Below the pieces are notes generated by a model, which searched no databases, was not told where the DNA came from, and saw only the letters and a program-made list of their open reading frames with translations. A program made the position numbers and the translations under genes. From Elainellaceae cyanobacterium (GTDB taxonomy: Bacteria; Cyanobacteriota; Cyanobacteriia; CAZCXK01): a stretch of 29,598 nucleotides of DNA. The DNA lies in the NCBI GenBank assembly GCA_051117555.1, contig JBNPEG010000242.1, positions 1 through 29,598 on the forward strand, written 5' to 3'. Positions within the stretch are counted from its first letter, which is position 1. Each line of letters begins with the position of its first letter. Below, piece by piece: positions 1 through 9,085 of the stretch.

Positions 1-222
1 AGCGATTCTCGAAACGCAAGAAGCACTCTCAAGCATCTGCTTGAATGCGCAACACTTCATTCTTCCCGCCTTGCCCAGCCTTCAAATTCGGGCCAGGCTT
101 ATTTCTGTTTAGTCTAAACTCCAGTTAGGAGTGACGCTGCTCTCCTGGGTCGAGCTTTTGCTATTGTTTGTGCTGGGAATCGAAACATTTATCTACACTG
201 AACTGTCGAAGGGCAACGTGCA

Positions 223-588
223 ATGGCAATGAACTGGGATATTCTGAAGGCGCATTATCTTCAAGGGAATCGGGCTACCCAGTTGGACAGCCTGGCCCTT
301 AACTTGGCGCGGATACAACTGCTGGCCCGGAGTGGGACGAATGAGTCTGTCGCCCAACATCTCGTCAGGGAGAGCCAGTTTTTCATCGAGTGGACGGTGC
401 CCAGTACAAACCTGGAGACGGATATGCCCTTCGCGACCGAGTTGCTGGATCTCCAGCGGTTGCTCAGTCGCTGGAAGCTGAGCTGGTCAGATTTGTGGAC
501 AAACAAGAAGAACCGTCAGGAGATCGCAGCTCTGGCTCAGCAGTGGTGCGATCGCATCTATGTCCAGTGCGAGTTGTTGGCTGGATGA
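223..588 (+). CDS. Hypothetical helical protein (121 aa), island cargo
   Basis: Clean ATG ORF; resembles a small uncharacterised cyanobacterial family from memory (LALNLARI...SQFFIEWT); function unknown. Confidence 0.7.
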   Translation: MAMNWDILKAHYLQGNRATQLDSLALNLARIQLLARSGTNESVAQHLVRESQFFIEWTVPSTNLETDMPFATELLDLQRLLSRWKLSWSDLWTNKKNRQEIAALAQQWCDRIYVQCELLAG

Positions 589-623
589 AGATGGATAGGT
601 TGGAGTAAAGGGGGACGATCGCC

Positions 624-1442
624 TCACTCCATCTCCAGCCGAGACTGAGATCGCTCCTGTTGCATCGGGCTCAGCGACTGAATCTCCTGCACCTGGGCGA
701 TTGTGCCCCTGGCATACTGCTCAATCGTGTCTGCACTCACCTGCTTGACGTCTTGCTGAAAGCGGGCGTAAGGTCCCTGCTGCAATAGCGCAGCGATCGC
801 GTCTGGGGAATCTCCCGCTTGCAGAGCGGCAGCAGTCACCTTCTGGTCAAGCTGAATTGCGGTGAGGTCGCTACCAATATGTTCTCGATACAAGTCAGGA
901 TAGCTCCAGGATTTGCCCGTCACTGCGTTGGCATATTCGACAAATCGCTGTCGCTGGATTGCCTCAACGGTGGACTGAGCGTAGTGCAGCAGTTTCGGGA
1001 TAGCCAACCTCTTTTCTTCAGGAGACAAGTTCTGCGTCTGATGCTGGGTAAAGGGTCCCTGTGCCAAGAGTTGAATTACCTGCCGGGGATGGGTACCAGA
1101 CTTCAGCGCTAGAGTGGCGATCGCCTGGTCGAGAGCTTGAGCTGATTGCTGCACATGAGATTGATCGCTGGCGTAGCGCTGATACAAATCAGCATAGGTC
1201 AGCCTTGTATCCCGTAAAACCATCTGAGCATAGGCGAGATACTGGTCTCGCACTTGTCGCCCCTTCTCGGTTTCGGGCGATCGCGGTGTGCTGCCAGATG
1301 CTGGGGGTGCTGCGGAGGTTGCTCCTTCCTGATTGTCGGATTTGTTCAGGTTCGTATCATCTTCTCCCTGGAAAGACGAATCAGCGTGAGGACGGCGTTT
1401 GGATTGATTTGCCTTTGGATTTGATTGAGACGAATCTGCCAT
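624..1442 (-). CDS. Plasmid/ICE-type hypothetical protein with two tandem helical repeats
   Basis: ATG at 1442 preceded by GGAAGAGG; two internal repeats (LDQAIATLAL..LLAQGPF..YAQST and LDQKVTAAAL..LLQQGPY..YARGT); C-terminus QQERSQSRLEME. Confidence 0.7.
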   Translation of the reverse strand: MADSSQSNPKANQSKRRPHADSSFQGEDDTNLNKSDNQEGATSAAPPASGSTPRSPETEKGRQVRDQYLAYAQMVLRDTRLTYADLYQRYASDQSHVQQSAQALDQAIATLALKSGTHPRQVIQLLAQGPFTQHQTQNLSPEEKRLAIPKLLHYAQSTVEAIQRQRFVEYANAVTGKSWSYPDLYREHIGSDLTAIQLDQKVTAAALQAGDSPDAIAALLQQGPYARFQQDVKQVSADTIEQYARGTIAQVQEIQSLSPMQQERSQSRLEME

Positions 1443-1460
1443 CGTCACGACCTCTTCCAA

Positions 1461-1937
1461 CTACAGCGCTTCTGCAAAGTCATCCAGAATATCATCCTCA
1501 GCGGGACTTGTCAGACTTTTAGGAGCGTCTTCGACGAGGGAAGATAGGGCGATCGCATCCCCTGTCGGTGCATGGGGAGAAACCATCTTCTCTTGGAAAA
1601 CGGGACTGGCCACGGCAGAACGGGTGGGTATCTCCAGCCCAAAGGATTCGCGCAAATACTGGATTTGCTCTTCTAGACGCCAGATGGATTGCTGGGTCAA
1701 TTCTCGCAGTTCGTCCTCTGAATAGTTGCCGCTGGCGCGGTAGGCAAAGGGAAGCCAAAAGGCACGAGTCGCCGTTGCCGCCTTTTCTTTGCCATTATAA
1801 GCGTTGTGAACCAACCAAGAAAAAGTGATGCCATTGGGAGAACTGCGGTCAGGTTCAAAGATGAAGCGAACGCGAGATTTGTTCGCTGATTTTTGAGTCG
1901 TTGACTTGGATGCCTCAGCGCTTCGTTTGTTCGCCAT
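1461..1937 (-). CDS. Hypothetical protein, possibly ParR-like/DNA-binding plasmid protein
   Basis: 158-aa ORF directly upstream of the repeat protein; basic N-terminus, RVRFIFEP strand, RAFWLP motif, acidic tail; function is inference. Confidence 0.6.
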   Translation of the reverse strand: MANKRSAEASKSTTQKSANKSRVRFIFEPDRSSPNGITFSWLVHNAYNGKEKAATATRAFWLPFAYRASGNYSEDELRELTQQSIWRLEEQIQYLRESFGLEIPTRSAVASPVFQEKMVSPHAPTGDAIALSSLVEDAPKSLTSPAEDDILDDFAEAL

Positions 1938-2122
1938 ATAGTGAAGGAATTATCTTGCCTGCGATCGCCATTTTATCCGCTGAGCTTCTACACCCAGCCG
2001 ATTCTAGTCCAATGGTATCGCAGATGCTGACGACAATGCTGACTTTATGCTGTCGCAGCATGGTCTTGCTGTTAAACAGCGGATACAATGCTGGTCCAAG
2101 AGTAGGATATCTATTATTTTCC

Positions 2123-2272
2123 GGCGTTGCTGATTAGAGGTATGAATTGGGGAGGGACAGTTCGCGTTTGTCTGATCGACAGGCTGCGCCAACGTGTAGC
2201 GTCTCTGCCAGGAGAAACCGCCCGTACAGTCATAATGCGTGATCCAAAATCATCCCTGAATTCAGCAACGCC
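2123..2272. mobile_element. 150-bp MITE
   Basis: Terminal inverted repeats starting GGCGTTGCTGA (21/26 identical); flanked by near-identical 8-mers TATTTTCC (2115-2122) and TGTTTTCC (2273-2280). Confidence 0.8.
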
Positions 2273-2279
2273 TGTTTTC

Positions 2280-2858
2280 CTATTCGGGAGACTCAAACGA
2301 GATTCCGTCATACAACAAATCGATTGGACATTCGAAGTCGATGCTCCTCAGGTGGATAACATCGCCTTTAGTGTAGGGATAGTAGAGCCACATCCTGCCT
2401 TCGCCGCGACGGTAACACTCTACCGAAACCCGTTCGGACTCCACCAAAACATATTCTTGCAGGCTGGGTAGTGTTTGATAGTAGGAAAACTTTTCACCCC
2501 GGTCTTTTGCCTCAGTTCCAGGAGAAAGAACCTCCACGATGAGTTTGGGATATTGGATAAATTTACGGGCATTAAGGTCTTGCGGATCGCAACTGACCAC
2601 GACATCGGGATAGTGGTAGAGACTGTTAGCGCTGACTTGCACTTTGACATCGGAGACGTTAATCCGGCAGCCGCGAGATTTTAAGTGAGGACGTAAAGCG
2701 GTGTAAAGGTTGAGCGCAATGTCATTGTGGGGAATGGTTCCACCCGTCATTGCGGTAACTTGACCATGGGCAAACTCATAGCGAATGTCCTGCCGAGGTT
2801 CCCAGTCCAGGTACTCGTCAGCGGTCATAGTAGGAGGGTGTTGGGGTGAAGTGACCAT
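2280..2858 (-). CDS. Uma2 family endonuclease (DUF820)
   Basis: MTADEYLDWE, RYEF..G...AMTGGT..HN, YPDVVVSC, PKLIVEVLSPGTEAKDRGEKF motifs. Confidence 0.93.
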   Translation of the reverse strand: MVTSPQHPPTMTADEYLDWEPRQDIRYEFAHGQVTAMTGGTIPHNDIALNLYTALRPHLKSRGCRINVSDVKVQVSANSLYHYPDVVVSCDPQDLNARKFIQYPKLIVEVLSPGTEAKDRGEKFSYYQTLPSLQEYVLVESERVSVECYRRGEGRMWLYYPYTKGDVIHLRSIDFECPIDLLYDGISFESPE

Positions 2859-3201
2859 CGCTAACTCCTTGCCTCATTCTCTAGGTATCATGGCGCTTCA
2901 CACGGGAGAGCTATCCATGATTCTAGCGGCGGTGTTAGGATGTGGCATTTTGAGCGTTCCCTCAAAGGAACTTGATGGTTTTTAGCTTTTCCAGGTGCAA
3001 CTCCCCCATCTGCTGTATCTGCAAAACGGCGATCGCCCCTTCGTCTTTCCTTGAATCAGTTGGACGGCTAATTTCAAAGTTTGAACCGTCTTACCAAACA
3101 CCTAGAACGATACAAAATTTAACGAAATAGATCTATCATCGAATACGGTTTGAAAGTACTCAAAAACTGGTAAAAAGAGCTAAAATCAGCTAACTTTTTT
3201 G

Positions 3202-3230
3202 GATTGAGATAAAGATTGAGATAAAGACTG
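3202..3230 (+). repeat. Tandem 12-bp direct repeat, candidate integrase arm-type sites
   Basis: GATTGAGATAAA x2 plus partial GACTG, about 65 bp inside the tRNA fragment. Confidence 0.5.
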
Positions 3231-3295
3231 CAAAGGCATGAATGCCTGTCGCCTAGGATCCTTTGCCCTCAGTGGTTTCAGAAACGACGAGAATC

Positions 3296-3340
3296 CGATT
3301 CGTGATCGAGCGGTCGCGGGTTCAAATCCCGCCATCGGCT
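3296..3340 (+). pseudogene. 3' half of tRNA-Thr(CGT); attachment-site duplication
   Basis: CGA-TTCGTGA-TCG anticodon hairpin remnant, perfect T-arm GCGGG-TTCAAAT-CCCGC, acceptor 3' strand CATCGGC+T; no GCCGATG 5' strand upstream. Confidence 0.85.
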
Positions 3341-3418
3341 TTTAAGTTAAAACGGCCATAGTTCAATTACAATGAACAGCATCGATGGACCCAGTAATGG
3401 ATACTGTTAACGATACCG

Positions 3419-4570
3419 CTAGCCAGCTAACATCTTAGCTGCAGCAGAAATACCCACTCCTGGGCTAAAGCTGTCGTGTCCCAGGTCAGGCAATACCGCT
3501 TCTATTGCCGCAATCACTGTTAAGATGTCGCGATCGCTCACGAATCCTAAATGCCCAATACGGAATATTTTGCCTTTGAGATGGTCTTGTCCGCCCGCAA
3601 TCGAGATATCAAATCGCTTTTTCAGCGCGGTTCGAATTTGGTCGGCTTCGACATTGATAGGCATGACAGCTGTCACCGCAGGGCTGGCAACGTCCTCCGA
3701 AGCAAGTAAAGACAATCCTAATGCTTGCATCGCTGCATACGTTGCTGCCTGATGACGTCGATGACGAGAGAAAATGTTTTCCAACCCTTCAGCCTGCATC
3801 ATCCGTAATGCAGTTTGCAGTCCAAAAAATAGGTTAACGGGAGGAGTAAAGGGGGTGCTGTTTTTGGCGGCGTCTTTTCGATATTTGCCTAAATCTAAAT
3901 AAAATCGGGGAAGTTTAGCGACTTGATATGCGGCCCAGGCCTTGGTACTCATCGAGACGAATCCAAGTCCTGGAGGAATCATGTATCCCTTTTGAGAACC
4001 TGACGCAACAACATCGAGTCCCCATTCATCAATAGGAAGGTTCACGGCACCTAGGCTCGTGACCGCATCTACGATAATTAACGCCTCACCATGGCGTTTG
4101 ACATGGCGATTAATGGTTTCCAAATCATTGATGACACCAGTGGAGGTTTCACTATGAGTCACTACCACGGCTTTAATCTGTTTTTCAGTATCGGATTCCA
4201 GCAGAACACGAAACCGATCGGGATCTAACGGTTTACCCCACTCTGCGGAAATGCGCTCAACGTTGAGGCCATAGGCATCACAGATTTGAGCCCACCGATC
4301 GCCAAACTTACCGTTGCAGCCAACTAAGACGCGATCGCCCGGGCTCAATACATTAATCATTCCGGCTTCCATTGCCCCGGTTCCGCTTGCGGCTAAAATC
4401 AGCACATCATTTTGCGTCTGATGTAACCATTTCAATCCGTGAGTCACCTCTGCCATAATCTCGGTGAATTCACCGCTACGGTGACCAATGGGATGTTTTG
4501 CCATGGCCTGCAACACCCGTTCTGGAACAGGTGTCGGCCCAGGAATCATCAATAACAACTTGTCGTCCAT
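3419..4570 (-). CDS. Class V PLP-dependent aminotransferase (alanine-glyoxylate/serine-pyruvate family; cyanobacterial DHSS type)
   Basis: MIPGPTPVP, HSETSTG, VDAVTSLG, SGSQKG (PLP lysine), FRIGHLG; likely start at MDDK. Confidence 0.95.
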   Translation of the reverse strand: MDDKLLLMIPGPTPVPERVLQAMAKHPIGHRSGEFTEIMAEVTHGLKWLHQTQNDVLILAASGTGAMEAGMINVLSPGDRVLVGCNGKFGDRWAQICDAYGLNVERISAEWGKPLDPDRFRVLLESDTEKQIKAVVVTHSETSTGVINDLETINRHVKRHGEALIIVDAVTSLGAVNLPIDEWGLDVVASGSQKGYMIPPGLGFVSMSTKAWAAYQVAKLPRFYLDLGKYRKDAAKNSTPFTPPVNLFFGLQTALRMMQAEGLENIFSRHRRHQAATYAAMQALGLSLLASEDVASPAVTAVMPINVEADQIRTALKKRFDISIAGGQDHLKGKIFRIGHLGFVSDRDILTVIAAIEAVLPDLGHDSFSPGVGISAAAKMLAG

Positions 4571-4604
4571 CTGTCTGTCCTGTCCACACAAAAACAATTG
4601 AAGA

Positions 4605-4639
4605 AGTTAGCGTATAATACAGGATTTTATACGCTAACT
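4605..4639. promoter_or_regulatory. Perfect 13-bp inverted repeat upstream of the aminotransferase
   Basis: AGTTAGCGTATAA-N9-TTATACGCTAACT. Confidence 0.5.
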
Positions 4640-4713
4640 CTATCGGCTAGCTGCGATCGCCCACTCGGTATTTTATGATCGCACTACTTTTTACAGTGTC
4701 GAATTTTAATTAA

Positions 4714-5718
4714 TCAATGATTCTCGTGAGACTGAGGCCCACGGATGCGAGACGTTAAGCGACGCAGCAAAAATTCGGGTACATCAAGGGTTGCAAATTT
4801 CGGAGACGGGCTGAAGGATGCCAGACGTGAGTCTTCAGTTTCAGCCACTATGAGAAGCTGAATCATGGCTAAAAGCTCTAACAAAACCGGCTTGGCGACT
4901 GCTGCCTCCTGATCGGATTCTGATTGAGCGTTGAGCGATCGCTCGATGGCGCCTTTGAGCTGGGCAAGTCGTCGTTGATTTGCAAAATATCGGTCTTTCC
5001 AGTGTTGGATTGCAGCTTCAAATTCGCTGGCTTGACGAGCCTGAGCGAGAATCTGCTCTTGCATCTCTGCCTGATGCCGCTCTAAATCTTTGAGTCGAAC
5101 TTGGCAAATTTGGTGCTCCTCTTGCAATTCTTGATACCGATGTTGCCATCGAGCTTGCGATTTAAGCTGTCTTGCTAGTTCCGTTTCGAGTTCTTCCACC
5201 TTGTTCTGAGCCAAAGCAGCATCTTGCTGAAGCGTTACGATCGTTCGGCTCTGCTCAAAACTGACTCCTTGACTGCGATGGAGCGACATTTCTAAGCTTT
5301 GCTGCTCTTGGCGACGCTCATACAACTCTAGTTTCAAACGCTCAATCGCCTGATACTGAACATAGACACATTCTTCAGCAATCTCCAGCTTATCTTGAAG
5401 GATTATCTGATCGTGAACTCTAGATCGAACATCTTCTAGGCAAGCGAGTGCCTGATCGAGTGCCTGTTCTAACTGATGGATGCGTCTATCTTTTTGCTGA
5501 TTTGCATCATAAAGCTGTCGGATGTCTGCCTGAAATGGAGGTAAATGTTCATGCGGATGATAGGAGCGATCGCCATCCACACATTCACGAGGCTGAACGG
5601 AGGGCAAATCATCCGACGAATGCACACCACATGTAAGGTCTGGTTGTGACACTCGGAACCTCCCAATAGTTTTGCAGCCTTTCAATCCAGCAACAGCAAT
5701 ACACCCTATCCCAGGCAT
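4714..5718 (-). CDS. Coiled-coil hypothetical protein
   Basis: 334-aa ORF rich in Q/E/L heptads; start codon uncertain. Confidence 0.8.
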   Translation of the reverse strand: MPGIGCIAVAGLKGCKTIGRFRVSQPDLTCGVHSSDDLPSVQPRECVDGDRSYHPHEHLPPFQADIRQLYDANQQKDRRIHQLEQALDQALACLEDVRSRVHDQIILQDKLEIAEECVYVQYQAIERLKLELYERRQEQQSLEMSLHRSQGVSFEQSRTIVTLQQDAALAQNKVEELETELARQLKSQARWQHRYQELQEEHQICQVRLKDLERHQAEMQEQILAQARQASEFEAAIQHWKDRYFANQRRLAQLKGAIERSLNAQSESDQEAAVAKPVLLELLAMIQLLIVAETEDSRLASFSPSPKFATLDVPEFLLRRLTSRIRGPQSHENH

Positions 5719-6787
5719 TCTCTAATCAGTGCTAAACCCTAAATATTAAAGCTCTAACACTGAGTCAGCACCATAACTAAACCACAATTGGGGGAGCATC
5801 GTGTATTTAGTTTGCTCTAGTCTAGCAAGACGAACCTGTCAGTTAAAGCAACTCGATATCAACCAATGGCGATCAATGGCGATCGCTCGCAGCAGATCTC
5901 AAGAGTGTCAGGCAGTTCGAGGTCATAAATTAATTTCACCAGAATTTTTAATACTCGAAGTATTAAAAATTCTGGGCGAGTCACCAGCAAAATCCTGGAC
6001 AAATCATCCGCAAACTAGCGTCCTCACGTCTTGAAAAGAAAATTCATCAAATCATAACTACCTCGCACATCAATCTCTGCATATACCCTTACAGAATCAG
6101 ACTTATAGAAGTCATGGTTTGACAGCTAATCACTCAACAAGGACGGGAGAGTTCTTGGTGTGCCGAGTAAAACCGCTTCTTGAAAACGGTTTTACCGAAT
6201 CCTTATTAAATCACTTTAGAGCGATAATTAATTATTTATCTAAATTTTATCGACCGTACCACTGCCAAAACCGGCTGTATATCGCCTGATTGAGCCATAT
6301 AAATTCGACGGCAAATAATTTTTTAGCCCAAATTTCTCAATTTTTCAAGCTTGAACACTTGATGGAAATTAAACAATTCATTATAATAAAGCCAGCAATA
6401 AAGCTTTTGAAAAGCCATTCGGGAGTGGACTGCTGACGAGTTATTTCTCTACAGTATGTGATTCGATCCCCTTGTGGCCGCGCGTTAATTGCAGATTGTT
6501 CGTTGTGATGAACGATTTGTTAGGGAACCGCCAAGAGTTGCGAGTTGGCATTTAGTCAGCTTGCTTCTTGGATGGCATAGTTTCGACAATTTGGTCAATT
6601 GTGCTCTGAAGTCGGTTTGAATTTTACGACTTAATTGACATTGGTTAGGTTGCGAGAATCTAGCTCTGAACTTTAGTTGCCATTTATTGTCTTTGGCAAG
6701 CCTTCGGTTTGCATTCAGTTTCTGCTGAGTGATCAGCAGCTCATATCTTTTGTTGTCATCTCTCGATAAGTCAGTTGGAGTCCTTCG

Positions 6788-7219
6788 ATGCCACCCCGGT
6801 GCATTTTTACATTATTACTTACTCTCCTTATTGCTCTGCCAACCTCACTTGGTGTATTTGCAGGTTCTGCTCAAGCAGAGCTTCTTCATGAGAATCAAGT
6901 ATCACTAGATTTTATTGATACAGTATTGCCCCACGAACCTTTGACGATTCCTGACTCAGTTCCTATTTCACTTGCGGTTCAATCTATTCAAATATTCAGA
7001 CAGCCCACGATTGCTACGACATCTAAGCTGGAGCGATCGCTAATTAATTTATGGACAACTGCGCGCCCCGCGTTTCAGTGGATTAGGCAGCTACTCTGGA
7101 TGTTTACTCGCCAGTGGTATGCGCTCATGGTGACGGGTAGCGCGTTTCACATGGAAAAGCTGTCTGTAGACCATCAAGATGATGATGGATCGGTAACGGA
7201 TATGGTTGCTATTCAATAG
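6788..7219 (+). CDS. Hypothetical protein with Sec-type signal peptide
   Basis: GGAG before ATG; hydrophobic core IFTLLLTLLIAL followed by AQA cleavage motif. Confidence 0.55.
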   Translation: MPPRCIFTLLLTLLIALPTSLGVFAGSAQAELLHENQVSLDFIDTVLPHEPLTIPDSVPISLAVQSIQIFRQPTIATTSKLERSLINLWTTARPAFQWIRQLLWMFTRQWYALMVTGSAFHMEKLSVDHQDDDGSVTDMVAIQ

Positions 7220-7263
7220 ATAAGCCCGTACGGGTTAAGCTGCAAGGTTTAGCTCGACGCATG

Positions 7264-8784
7264 TTAGCTCGCCTCAATTTGTCGGACTGTTGTTAATGCA
7301 GAATAGCTCACGCCCGCTGTTCCTTCTCCCGGATGAGTGCAGTCACCAACGAGCCACAGTCGATCGATAGGCGTGCGATTTGCAAAGCCAAAGGGACCGA
7401 AGGTAGAAGTCCGTTGCCCTAAGCCGCCCACTGCTCCGCGATCGCGCGCAGTGAATCGGGCGAAAGTTCGAGGTGTAGCTGATTCCTGATGAATGATATA
7501 GTCACTTGATAGGTTAAAGAATGTGCCTAATCGAGCGATCGCTTCTTGAGTGTATTTCTGCTTAAGCAGGTGGTACTCGTGCTTATCACGCGCCCACCAT
7601 ATGCCGGGATCAGTGAATGAAGAGGCGATGAGGGTGGCTTTTCCACTAGGAGCCCGTCCATCTCCTGGATGGCTGACCGACACAAAGAGTGAGTTGTTTT
7701 CAGCAATAGCACCTTCATAGTCGTATAGAAATTGCAGATGGGGCGGGCAGCCGTCTGGTATAGCGTTTCGATCGACACCCAGATAAATTACGAATGCACC
7801 TGACGGGGTGGGCAATTTGTCCACTCTACGCTTATATCCTGACGGAGTTTGATTCCCTAAGAGTTTGGCTAAGTTCTGAACCGTGACATTTGAAATGATA
7901 TAGTCAGCGGGTTCGATCCAAACCTTGCCCGTTTTTTGATTGTGAATTTCAACCGCTCTGGCCCGATGATCCTCGGCATAGATACGCTTGACGGAGTGTC
8001 GCATCAGTAATTGGCCTCCATCTCGCTCTAGCGATTGAACGAGGCGATCGCTCAAGACTTGCATACTGCCCTGCAAATGATAAAGACCTTGCGGAGCTTG
8101 GGAAACTCCAAGTGCAGTAGCCGCATAAAGAAGAGCCGTTTCATCGGCATCAACCTGAGAATAAAGCTTAAGCTGAAGATCCAAAAACGTTTTCAACCGC
8201 TGGTCATGGTACACCCCATACGCTCGTAATACTTGTCCAACCGTCGAAAATGTGTGAGGCAGCGTTAATAGAGTATTAGGTCTAACGGCTTTAGCAAGCT
8301 GCCACACATCCCAAGCGTTGCGAGGAGGCAACACAGGATTGCGCGACTGAAACTCCCAGCTATAGCGAAACAAATCAGTCATTAATTGCCAAAACGGTTC
8401 GCTCCCCGGAAATTGATGCTGACGTTCGGCTTGCCACATCTGGGGATCACGCCAGACTCGAATCGGCTGAACCTCACCTGGCAAGTAAACTGCACATGCT
8501 GGATCGCAGGGTACGGCAGCCGGTAACTCGATATCTAATTCCGAAAATATTTGATGATGAATTCCACCGGGCTCCAGCCCTGCAACCTGAGTTGCGCCGA
8601 CATCAAACGTAAATCCTTGCCGCTTGAATGTTGAAGCGCACCCACCCGGCACAATAGCTTGGTCAAAAACCATAACCTGATAACCTCGACGAGCCAATAG
8701 TGCAGCCGCCGTTAATCCGCCGATACCTGCACCAATCACAATGACTCGGTTTGGCTTATTTGAGAGTTGGGAGTGACCAGACAT
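7264..8784 (-). CDS. crtD: C-3',4' carotenoid desaturase CrtD
   Basis: GAGIGG FAD motif, FDVGATQVAGLEPGGIH, LDLQLKLYSQV, GDCTHPGEGTAGVSYSA typical of cyanobacterial CrtD. Confidence 0.9.
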   Translation of the reverse strand: MSGHSQLSNKPNRVIVIGAGIGGLTAAALLARRGYQVMVFDQAIVPGGCASTFKRQGFTFDVGATQVAGLEPGGIHHQIFSELDIELPAAVPCDPACAVYLPGEVQPIRVWRDPQMWQAERQHQFPGSEPFWQLMTDLFRYSWEFQSRNPVLPPRNAWDVWQLAKAVRPNTLLTLPHTFSTVGQVLRAYGVYHDQRLKTFLDLQLKLYSQVDADETALLYAATALGVSQAPQGLYHLQGSMQVLSDRLVQSLERDGGQLLMRHSVKRIYAEDHRARAVEIHNQKTGKVWIEPADYIISNVTVQNLAKLLGNQTPSGYKRRVDKLPTPSGAFVIYLGVDRNAIPDGCPPHLQFLYDYEGAIAENNSLFVSVSHPGDGRAPSGKATLIASSFTDPGIWWARDKHEYHLLKQKYTQEAIARLGTFFNLSSDYIIHQESATPRTFARFTARDRGAVGGLGQRTSTFGPFGFANRTPIDRLWLVGDCTHPGEGTAGVSYSALTTVRQIEAS

Positions 8785-8841
8785 TCTCAAGGGATGCAGA
8801 CCTGTATCTCAACAAAACTTTATGAAGTCTCTCATTTATTA

Positions 8842-8933
8842 TATAGCCCTACGGGCTTAGGTTTGTGTGGTGAGCCCTGGAGCCCGGGAGCTCACCCACA
8901 TTCAACGCCCTAACGCCTGGGCGTATGGCTATA
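8842..8933. repeat. MITE-like element with TATAGC termini and internal hairpin
   Basis: TATAGCCCTACG ... CGTATGGCTATA (11/12 inverted match); internal GGTGAGC/GCTCACC stem; overlaps palindrome 8914-8943. Confidence 0.55.
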
Positions 8934-9085
8934 CGCCCAGGCGATTTTTGCCTCGATATGAGTTTGCCCAACATGGGCTAATCCGCTACAAACATGCAAC
9001 ACCGGGGATCACGTTTGGGCGATCGCATGTCCGGGATAACTGAAGAATAGAGATTCATCGATTCTGACTTATCCTGAAGACGACA

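Noticed and set aside
3268..3340. Intact tRNA-Thr gene
   Set aside because: No 5' acceptor strand complementary to CATCGGC and no D-arm pairing; the CTCAGTGGT similarity is insufficient
6478..6520. glnA glutamine riboswitch on the minus strand (AATCGTTCATC...AACGCGC)
   Set aside because: The ends resemble the motif, but the internal stems and GGAAGTA/GAAG junction are missing
7221..8859. crtD as a mobile unit flanked by inverted TAAGCCCGTA 10-mers
   Set aside because: The match is short, likely dispersed-repeat remnants, and crtD is a normal chromosomal gene
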